DNA of 32,542 nucleotides from Candidatus Woesearchaeota archaeon (lineage in GTDB: Archaea > Nanobdellota > Nanobdellia > Woesearchaeales > WJIZ01). Shown here one piece after another: positions 25,257-32,542 of this stretch. The stretch's first letter is position 1. The number at the start of each line of letters is the position of its first letter. Under the pieces are notes generated by a model. The model saw only the letters and a program-made list of their open reading frames with translations. It had not been told where the DNA came from and searched no databases. The stretch lies in the NCBI GenBank assembly GCA_018303575.1, contig JAGVXW010000026.1, forward strand, positions 1 to 32,542. Reading direction: 5' to 3'. A program made the position numbers and the translations under genes.

Positions 25257-25390
25257 TTATCGAGAGCTTTTTGCAAAAAACCTCGGAAAATGCGTGGGTA
25301 AACACGAAGCCAAGCTTCGTGAGACCTTCCTTATGGAAGGTTTCGCGCCTTCGGTGCTCAAGCCCACGGGAAAAGTAACATGATAATAGA
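25253..25390. mobile_element. Mini-element (116-bp core) at the rpl13 start, flanked by ATGATTATCGA and ATGATAATAGA
   Basis: Shared terminal motif at 25264-25294; multibranched hairpin closed by GTGGG/CCCAC. Confidence 0.65.
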
Positions 25391-25793
25391 TGCTACAAAT
25401 AAGGTAGTGGGCAGGATTGCCACGGTCGCGGCCAAGCAGGCGCTCCTCGGAGAAGAGATCAGCATCGTGAACTGCGAGAAGGCCATCGTTACCGGCAAGC
25501 GCGCCTTCGTGCTGGCGGACGCGAAACGCAGGAGAGACCAGGGAACGTTCAAGGGCCCTTTCATATCCTCCAAGCCGGACAGGTATGTGAGGAGGGTCAT
25601 CAGAGGAATGCTGCCCTACCGGCAGGAAAAGGGAAGAAAAGCTTATCAGCGCGTGCTCTGCTACATCGGCATGCCCAAGACTTTCGAAGGGAAGGAGACG
25701 CTTGACGTCGGGCACGCTGACGCGGCCAAGACGCAGAATCTATACAAGGTGACGATCGGCGACATCTGCCGGCATCTCGGTGATACCCCATGA
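25380..25793 (+). CDS. rpl13: 50S ribosomal protein L13
   Basis: MIIDATNKVVGRIAT, IVNCEKAIVTG, RRVIRGMLP. Confidence 0.97.
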   Translation: MIIDATNKVVGRIATVAAKQALLGEEISIVNCEKAIVTGKRAFVLADAKRRRDQGTFKGPFISSKPDRYVRRVIRGMLPYRQEKGRKAYQRVLCYIGMPKTFEGKETLDVGHADAAKTQNLYKVTIGDICRHLGDTP

Positions 25794-26188
25794 GGCACGT
25801 TCATGTTTCAGGAAGGAGAAAGCAGGCCATCGCGCGCGCGTCCCTGAGCGAGGGCTCTGGAAAAGTGCGCGTCAACAAAGTTCTGCTGCAGCACTTCATG
25901 CCCCAAGTCTTGCGCATGCGCATGATGGAGCCCCTGTTGCTTGCTGGCGATCTTGCCGGCAAAGTGGATATTGACGTTGTCGTCGAAGGCGGCGGCATTT
26001 CCGGCCAGAGCGACGCGGCCCGGCTTGCGATCGCGCGCTCGCTCGTCGAGTATTCCAAGGGAGAGAAGCTCAAGAACACGTTCCTGGAGTATGACAGGTT
26101 GCTCCTCGTAGCCGATGTACGAAGGGGTGAACCTTCGAAACCGAACGATTCGAAGCCGAGGGCCAAAAGACAAAAAAGCTATCGCTAA
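25790..26188 (+). CDS. rps9: 30S ribosomal protein S9
   Basis: SGRRKQAIARA, GGGISGQ, PRAKRQKSYR. Confidence 0.97.
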   Translation: MRHVHVSGRRKQAIARASLSEGSGKVRVNKVLLQHFMPQVLRMRMMEPLLLAGDLAGKVDIDVVVEGGGISGQSDAARLAIARSLVEYSKGEKLKNTFLEYDRLLLVADVRRGEPSKPNDSKPRAKRQKSYR

Positions 26189-26202
26189 GCAGTGGTGAAA
26201 AA

Positions 26203-26400
26203 ATGATCATCCCCCAAAGATGCTGGAGTTGCGGCAAACCCATCTCACATTTGTTCGAGCAGTTCAAGGAAAGAGTTGCGAAGGGCGAGAGCAAGAAAGA
26301 GGTTCTCGACGCGCTCGGCCTTGAAAGATACTGCTGCCGCGCAGTGTTCCTCGGCCACGTCGACCTGATTGACATTGCGGCTGAGTTCAAGAAGGTTTGA
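26203..26400 (+). CDS. rpoN: DNA-directed RNA polymerase subunit N (Rpo10)
   Basis: MIIPQRCWSCGKPI...LGLERYCCR. Confidence 0.97.
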   Translation: MIIPQRCWSCGKPISHLFEQFKERVAKGESKKEVLDALGLERYCCRAVFLGHVDLIDIAAEFKKV

Positions 26401-26464
26401 GCAAGTTTTATATTCTTTTGTTTTGCGCCGAAATCTTTTTAGCTGCACAGAGATTTCCCTTGCT

Positions 26465-27577
26465 ATGCCGCGCCAGAGCCTTGTCCATCTCCTAGATGTT
26501 GAGCAGAGATCGGGCCAGTTCGCTGTGCCCTTGGCATCAGGCAGCGACCCTTTCATCGATACATGGATCGCCACAGCGCCGGAGAAGGCACCGCGGGTCG
26601 CAGAGCTTGGCCTCTATTATCTCGAAGGTGTCGCGCGAAAGTTCGGCATGTATTGGACGTCGCTGAAATCTTCCCTTATCGCCTATGGCATCATCCGCAT
26701 GGAAGACAATGGCACGAGCTGGCATCCTGTCAATTCGCTCTCCATCGCACAGGCGTTCAGCTGGCGGCATCGGGTCCCTATCGAAGACATTCTTTTGTCT
26801 GCTGAAAGAAACAGGAGCGCTGAATTCCGCTCGCTGCCCGCGCACCAGAGAGTTGCCCTTCTGCATGACGCCTATACCGGATCCTTTTGGTATTCCAATT
26901 TCTTGACGCGACAACGCCGGGCAATAGATAGCGCAGCTCCGCCGCCTGTTCCCGTCGACTATCCGGTCCATCGGGCGCAGCTTTACCATTGGTTCCCTGC
27001 GCTTGGCGATCCCCAGAACGCGTTAAGGAAGCTTGAGAGAGCCGGATTCCTTACCTTTTCCAGTGGCTCCCGCCTGACGAGAGCGGTGCCTCCGGGGGAC
27101 CTCTCGGCCCTCGTCGAGGTGGTCTACGGACAGGCGCCTGAGTTCTCGAGTCATGAGAAAGCCTTCGAGGACTTTGCGCGGTTTCTCGCTCGAGGGGCCT
27201 TGCGGAAAGTAATGGCCGAATATGGGCTTCAGCCTGACCAGCACTACTCGATACCGAAGTTAAGTTCTCTAACCGACAAAGATTATAACACGCTCAAGCA
27301 GGCAGAATATCGGGGCCTTCTCCGAGTCGAGAATGGGACCGTTCTGGGACGAGATGCTGCTGTCTATCTTGCCAAATCCGGGTTGCCGTTGCGGATGACC
27401 GTCGGGGAGCTTCATGAATTCTTTGGGGCCTTTTGCTACGCTTCTCTGGGCTGGCAGACAAGCAAGGACAGCACCTATAGCGTCAGAAGGTATGTCCGGC
27501 CGACGATTGACCGGGTCGCCCGACAGGCACAAGAATATCTTGCGAACCTCAGGATGCGGCCCTTAGCGCTGGTTTGA
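26465..27577 (+). CDS. Hypothetical protein, possible HTH near the C-terminus
   Basis: Long ORF (first ATG at 26465) filling the rpoN-leuS gap; atypical codon usage. Confidence 0.65.
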   Translation: MPRQSLVHLLDVEQRSGQFAVPLASGSDPFIDTWIATAPEKAPRVAELGLYYLEGVARKFGMYWTSLKSSLIAYGIIRMEDNGTSWHPVNSLSIAQAFSWRHRVPIEDILLSAERNRSAEFRSLPAHQRVALLHDAYTGSFWYSNFLTRQRRAIDSAAPPPVPVDYPVHRAQLYHWFPALGDPQNALRKLERAGFLTFSSGSRLTRAVPPGDLSALVEVVYGQAPEFSSHEKAFEDFARFLARGALRKVMAEYGLQPDQHYSIPKLSSLTDKDYNTLKQAEYRGLLRVENGTVLGRDAAVYLAKSGLPLRMTVGELHEFFGAFCYASLGWQTSKDSTYSVRRYVRPTIDRVARQAQEYLANLRMRPLALV

Positions 27578-27619
27578 TTCCTAAACATTTAAGTATCATT
27601 TCCGATTCTGAATTCGGGT

Positions 27620-30235
27620 ATGGCAGATTTCAACGCGATCGCTCGGAAATGGCAGAAGAAGTGGGAGGAGGCGAAGGCCTTCCGTGCGTCGGAAAAAGGC
27701 AGGAAATTCTACGTGCTCGAGATGTTCCCCTATCCTTCCGCTTCCGGGCTGCACATGGGCCACGCGCTCAATTATACGATTGGAGACATCTTCGCGAGGT
27801 TCAAGCGGATGCAAGGCTACTCGGTGCTGCATCCGATGGGATTTGACTCCTTCGGCCTGCCTGCGGAGAATGCCGCCATCGCGGCAAAGAGCCACCCCAA
27901 GAAATTCACCGAGGAAGCGATCACGAACTACATCGCGCAGATGAAGGGGCTGGGCCTGAGCTATGACTGGGAGCGCAGGGTGGAAACGCACAAGCCCGAT
28001 TATTATCGGTGGGACCAGTGGATTTTCCTGAAGATGCTGGAAAAGGGACTGGCGTACAAAAAGGAGGCTCCAGTGAACTGGTGCCCGAAGTGCAACACGG
28101 TGCTGGCGAACGAGCAGGTGCACGCCGGGAAATGCTGGAGGCATGAGGACACTGAGGTGCACGTCAGGCAGCTTGAGCAATGGTTCCTCAAAACAACCGC
28201 GTATGCCGACGAGCTTTACGAGGGAATCGAGAAGCTGGAAGGGTGGCCGGAGCTCATCAAAACGCTGCAGCGCAACTGGATCAACCGCAGCGAGGGCACG
28301 GAAATCACCTTCACGATCAACGGCAGGCCCTGGCCCATCTTCACGACGCGCACCGACACGCTTTTTGGAGTCACCTTCCTCGTTGTGAGCGCTCGGCACC
28401 CGAGGCTGCAAGAGTTCGTGACGCCAGGGCAAAAGGCGGCGGTCGAGGCCTTCACCAAGAAAATCCATACAACCAAACAAGAGGATCTTGAGACGCTGGA
28501 GAAAGAAGGAGTGTTCACCGGCAGCACCGCGCTGCATCCGTTGACTGGAGAAAAAATCCCGGTCTGGGCAGGCAACTTCGTGCTCGCGGACTACGGCTCC
28601 GGCATGGTGATGGCGGTGCCGGCGCACGACCAGCGCGATTTCGTGTTCGCAAAGAAATATGGCATCCCGATCAAGGTTGTTGTCCAGCCACAAGGTAAGG
28701 TTCCTGCAATCCGGGCTTTTGCCGAAGATGGAACGCTCGTGGACTCCAGCTCTTATTCCGGGATGACAAGCGCAGAGGCGAGGGAGCAGATAACGAGCGA
28801 TCTTGAGAAGGAAAAGAAAGGGAAAAAATCTGTGCAGTATCGGCTGAAAGACTGGCTCATCTCGCGGCAGCGCTTCTGGGGGACGCCCATTCCCATCATC
28901 TATTGCCAGAAATGCGGAACCGTGCCTGTGCCTGAGAAGGACTTGCCGGTCGTGCTGCCAGAAGACATCAGCTTCTCCGACGTGACGAATCCACTCGCGT
29001 CCTCGAAGAAATTCCTTGAGACAGCGTGCCCCCGCTGCAAGGGAAAGGCACGGCGCGAGACAGATACGATGGACACGTTCGTGAATTCCTCCTGGTACCA
29101 GCTGCGCTACACAGATCCCAAAAACAAGCGGGCGATTTTTGATCCCCAAAAGGCGGGGTTCTGGAACCCGATCGACTTGTACATCGGGGGCAAGGAGCAC
29201 GCCTGCATGCACTTAATCTATATCCGCTTCTACACGAAATTCCTGCGCGACTTGGGGCTGCTTCCTTTTGATGAACCGGCAGTGAAGCTCTTCAACCAGG
29301 GCATCCTGCTCGGGCCTGACGGCAACAAGATGTCGAAGTCGCTCGGCAATGTCATCGTGCCCGAGCACGCGATCGGCAAATACGGAGTCGATACCGTCCG
29401 GCTCTTCCTCGTCTCTGTCGCCGCCCCGGACAAGGACATCCTCTGGAGCGAGCAGGGAGTCGAGGGCAGCCTGCGCTTCCTCAAGAAAGTGGAGGAGTTT
29501 TTTTCCAAATATGCTCCGGGAAAAACGAGCAAGAGGCTTGAAAGCAAGCTCCACCGCGCGATCCGCGACGTGACCCCGGATATCGAATCGATGAAATACA
29601 ATAACGCCGTGATAAAACTCAGGGAAGTGTTCGACACTTTCGAAGAAAAGATGTCGAAGCACGATGCAGAAGCTTTTATTCTCATGCTTTCCCCATTCGC
29701 GCCGCACTTCGCCGAGGAACTCTGGGAACACATCGGCAACAAGCCGTTCGTTTCCTCGTCCTCCTGGCCGAAGCATGATGCCGGAAAGATTGATGAAAAG
29801 CTTGACATACTTGACGCGCTCAACCAGAGGCTGAGAAAAGACATCATCGATATCCTTGGGCTGCTCAAGGTGCAGAAGCCTTCCGGACTCACGCTCATCG
29901 TCGCGGAACGCTGGAGATATGATTTTGTGAAAATGTTCCGCGCTGCGGCAGCGGAGACTCGCAATTTCAAAGCTCTTCTAGGGAAATTGCTTTCCGGCGA
30001 CCTCAAGAAGCATGGCCAGGATGTCACAAAGCTTATTTCCGCCTTCCTGAAAGACCCGACAAAAGTCCCGCCGGTGGATTTCACCCAGCAAGAGGAGCTT
30101 GAAGCGCTTGAGGGCTTCAAAGCTGAGATTGAGCAAGAGTTCGGGTGCGCAGTGAACATTGAGCTCGCGGAAGCCTCGAAGGAGCAGAAGGCGAAAAACG
30201 CGCTGCCGGGAAAGCCGGCAATCATCGTCTCATGA
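27620..30235 (+). CDS. leuS: Leucine--tRNA ligase (bacterial-type core)
   Basis: MFPYPSASGLHMGH, CP1 editing motifs FTTR and VPAHDQRD, DWLISRQRFWG, KMSKS. Confidence 0.97.
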   Translation: MADFNAIARKWQKKWEEAKAFRASEKGRKFYVLEMFPYPSASGLHMGHALNYTIGDIFARFKRMQGYSVLHPMGFDSFGLPAENAAIAAKSHPKKFTEEAITNYIAQMKGLGLSYDWERRVETHKPDYYRWDQWIFLKMLEKGLAYKKEAPVNWCPKCNTVLANEQVHAGKCWRHEDTEVHVRQLEQWFLKTTAYADELYEGIEKLEGWPELIKTLQRNWINRSEGTEITFTINGRPWPIFTTRTDTLFGVTFLVVSARHPRLQEFVTPGQKAAVEAFTKKIHTTKQEDLETLEKEGVFTGSTALHPLTGEKIPVWAGNFVLADYGSGMVMAVPAHDQRDFVFAKKYGIPIKVVVQPQGKVPAIRAFAEDGTLVDSSSYSGMTSAEAREQITSDLEKEKKGKKSVQYRLKDWLISRQRFWGTPIPIIYCQKCGTVPVPEKDLPVVLPEDISFSDVTNPLASSKKFLETACPRCKGKARRETDTMDTFVNSSWYQLRYTDPKNKRAIFDPQKAGFWNPIDLYIGGKEHACMHLIYIRFYTKFLRDLGLLPFDEPAVKLFNQGILLGPDGNKMSKSLGNVIVPEHAIGKYGVDTVRLFLVSVAAPDKDILWSEQGVEGSLRFLKKVEEFFSKYAPGKTSKRLESKLHRAIRDVTPDIESMKYNNAVIKLREVFDTFEEKMSKHDAEAFILMLSPFAPHFAEELWEHIGNKPFVSSSSWPKHDAGKIDEKLDILDALNQRLRKDIIDILGLLKVQKPSGLTLIVAERWRYDFVKMFRAAAAETRNFKALLGKLLSGDLKKHGQDVTKLISAFLKDPTKVPPVDFTQQEELEALEGFKAEIEQEFGCAVNIELAEASKEQKAKNALPGKPAIIVS

Positions 30236-31122
30236 TCCTCGTCATCGGCGCTGGTCCCATTGGCACGATTCTAGGAAGCCTGGAAGGGGCTATCATCGCT
30301 GCTCGCGGAACACGCTTGGAGTTTCTGCAGAAGAACGGCATTATTCTCGACGGAAAACTTCCCTTAAGAAAAGAAGTTCCTGTCGTATCCGCGCCTCATG
30401 AACTGAAAGAAAAAGCGGAATTTGTCCTGATTTGCACCAAATCGCAAGACACCGAAAGCGCGATTCTCCAATGGAAGGCGGCTGTCGGAAAAGAGACGCT
30501 CGTTGTTTCTGTTTCAAACGGCTGGGGGAATGAAGATGCTCTTGCCAAGCACATTCCCAAGGATCACATCATCGGGGGCGTGACGTACATCGGCGTGCAG
30601 ATGAAGGAGGGCGGCAGCATCTGGGTGCATGGAGCGGGCAAGACAATCATTGGCGGATATTTTGATGCTCGATTGAATCCACGATTGGAACATTTGAAGA
30701 AAAAATTTGAAGAAGCGGGGCTGCCCTGCGTCATCAGCGAAGATATCAAACAGGACATCGCCAAGAAGTTTCTTGTGAACGTCGGGCTGAACGCGACTGG
30801 AGCCTTATTTCGCGCCAATAATATAGAAGTGGGGGAACGGCCGGAATGCCGGGCGCTCGCGGTCTCGCTGATGGAAGAGGCGATTCCTGTCCTGGAAAAG
30901 GAGGGCATCCAAGTGAGGAAAGAGTTTATCGAGGATTTCCTGGCTGGACTGAAGGCGCTGGGGCCGAACAAGAACAGCTTATGGGCGGATCTTGACAAGG
31001 GAAGGAAGACTGAAATCGCTTTCTTGAATGGCGCTGTGGTAGCGCTGGGGAAAAAGCACGGGATTCCGACGTCGAAGAACGAGGAGATTGTGGAGAAAAT
31101 CAAGCTCCTCGAGAAAAATTAG
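30232..31122 (+). CDS. panE: 2-dehydropantoate 2-reductase (ketopantoate reductase family)
   Basis: GAGPIG, TKSQD, NG, KFLVN..LN, SLWADL..GRKTEIAFLNG. Confidence 0.9.
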   Translation: MILVIGAGPIGTILGSLEGAIIAARGTRLEFLQKNGIILDGKLPLRKEVPVVSAPHELKEKAEFVLICTKSQDTESAILQWKAAVGKETLVVSVSNGWGNEDALAKHIPKDHIIGGVTYIGVQMKEGGSIWVHGAGKTIIGGYFDARLNPRLEHLKKKFEEAGLPCVISEDIKQDIAKKFLVNVGLNATGALFRANNIEVGERPECRALAVSLMEEAIPVLEKEGIQVRKEFIEDFLAGLKALGPNKNSLWADLDKGRKTEIAFLNGAVVALGKKHGIPTSKNEEIVEKIKLLEKN

Positions 31123-31943
31123 GTCCTCTCGGAAAAACACAGGGCGACATTTTTCTCGCCGGAGTTTTCCAGCGTGCAACCCATCCTTGTTTTGGCGAAC
31201 TGAAGCGTCGAATAAAGCTGGCGGGAAATCTCTCCTTGCTCATATCTCGTCTCAAAAATAGCGATTGCGTCTCCTGCGGAGCGCAAGGTGCGCCAATCTT
31301 CCTGGCGAATGGGAGTATAGAGGAAAAACTGGAGCGGCCGGCCGGTGCCGCGATGCAGCTCAAGCCCGCTGCCGAAATGGGGTGTGAAACCGTCATCAGT
31401 TCCCACCTGGACACCATAGAGCGCAAAAACATCATGAGCCACTTTGACGAGGTCTCCTGGCGCAAGGATAACTGCAAATGGATTTTCAGGAGAAGTGTAG
31501 GTATTGAAGGGCAGATAGCGCGCTGTCCAAGCGGCAAGCTTACTCGGTGTCAGCGCTAACTGCTCCCCGTGTTTAGGCTGGAGGCCCTTGAATGAGATAG
31601 AGCAACTTACAAGTAAGGCGGGGTCATGGATACTCCACGATCTTCCCAGCACATAGCGCTCGATGTGGGTTGCATTGGAAACAGTGAGGAGCCGATGTTC
31701 AACTCTCACGCTTCCGCCCGGGTCAGAAAGCTCGCCATTAGCATATCTGATTCCTTCCCTCAAGGAGCCGATATCAAAGGATTCGGGGGACTCAAACAGC
31801 CGGTTCACCAGAGCCACCAAATCCTCGGAAGGCCTTGAGCGGGCGAGTGTTGGTCGGTCTACCGGAGCCGCAAGCCACATCTGGTTCCCCACATGGAGGT
31901 TCCCTTCCGTATCCCGCCAAGCCGACGGTGTATCGTCATGCAT
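31119..31943 (-). CDS. Hypothetical protein
   Basis: 274-aa ORF convergent on panE; TATATA upstream. Confidence 0.6.
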   Translation of the reverse strand: MHDDTPSAWRDTEGNLHVGNQMWLAAPVDRPTLARSRPSEDLVALVNRLFESPESFDIGSLREGIRYANGELSDPGGSVRVEHRLLTVSNATHIERYVLGRSWSIHDPALLVSCSISFKGLQPKHGEQLALTPSKLAAWTARYLPFNTYTSPENPFAVILAPGDLVKVAHDVFALYGVQVGTDDGFTPHFGSGLELHRGTGRPLQFFLYTPIRQEDWRTLRSAGDAIAIFETRYEQGEISRQLYSTLQFAKTRMGCTLENSGEKNVALCFSERT

Positions 31944-32033
31944 ACTTGTCGAGAAGCTTCTAGAGAATATATAGCTTTGGATACGCTTTCCTAGAGCGTC
32001 AGCCTTAAAAGTTGAACTGCATTTCTCTCGTGG

Positions 32034-32501
32034 ATGCCCTTAGTGCAACTTGCCAAGCGTCTGGTGCCGAAGCCTATCAAACGTGCGCTGAAACGGGCGC
32101 CCGCACTCGCTAACACTTTTGACCTCCTGCTTGCCGGACGAAGGCGCGACATTCCAGTTTATACTGCCGTGGACACGCTGCTCTCCGCCGCTGAACGGGA
32201 GGAACTCTATCGGCTGGCGCAGCATGTCCGCAATGGAGATGATATCGTTGAAATTGGCGTTTACGCCGGCGGCTCCGCCTATTTCCTCGCAAAAGGCCTC
32301 GAAGCCACCGAATCACGGGCAAGCTGCGTCCATGGCGTCGATCCCTTTCTCTCTGCACCTGATAGGCAACGACAAGAGAGCGACGGCTCCCCTGATTCCT
32401 ATAGAAAAAAGCCTGGCCTCAGTGAAGTGCGGAGCAATCTCACTAAGGGACTGTCAATTATTAAAATAGGCATATTTATTAAGGAGTGCCATTATTATTG
32501 A
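32034..32501 (+). pseudogene. Class I SAM methyltransferase (Methyltransf_24-like), apparently truncated near 32446
   Basis: VEIGVYAGGS and GVDPF are present but later motifs are absent; the last codons run into AT-rich sequence. Confidence 0.6.
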
Positions 32502-32542
32502 GGCATGGTCGACGAGCGGTCAATAAAACAAAAGTTCTTGCA
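32446..32542 (+). mobile_element. Possible left end of an insertion sequence (ISAzo13-like), with an ORF starting at 32505
   Basis: Abrupt GC drop after TAAGGGACTGTC; new ORF MVDERSIKQKFL resembles, from memory, ISAzo13 transposase N-termini; only 12 codons visible. Confidence 0.35.

Noticed and set aside
27596..29212. 538-aa minus-strand ORF (also 23848-24894, 15294-16325, 29230-30225, 12933-13763, 4574-5218)
   Set aside because: Antisense shadows of well-supported GC3-rich genes; no motifs.

Overview
Window from a small-genome archaeon, most likely DPANN (Woesearchaeota-like; inferred from gene content). Core genes: the archaeal rps13-rps4-rps11-rpoD-tRNA-Leu-rpl18e-rpl13-rps9-rpoN operon, secG, a frameshifted nac, scpB, RNase P RNA, gyrA carrying a 164-aa mini-intein, a bacterial-type leuS with an archaeal C-terminal domain, panE and a deoxyhypusine-synthase-family gene. 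Accessory genes: two TA modules, Fic, TrmB, methyltransferases and many hypotheticals. There are four tRNAs, including a tRNA-Leu(CAA) with two BHB introns (30/31 and 37/38) and an intron-containing tRNA-His. The most unusual signal is a dispersed family of ~80-130 bp non-coding, hairpin-rich elements with covarying stems. They follow all four tRNA genes and also sit at the rpl13 start. Three copies share a terminal motif and are bracketed by 11-22 bp duplications of the tRNA 3' end or of the rpl13 start codons. A three-gene operon of paralogous coiled-coil proteins and a divergent MinD operon are also candidates for undescribed systems. All calls come from reading the sequence; no searches were run.
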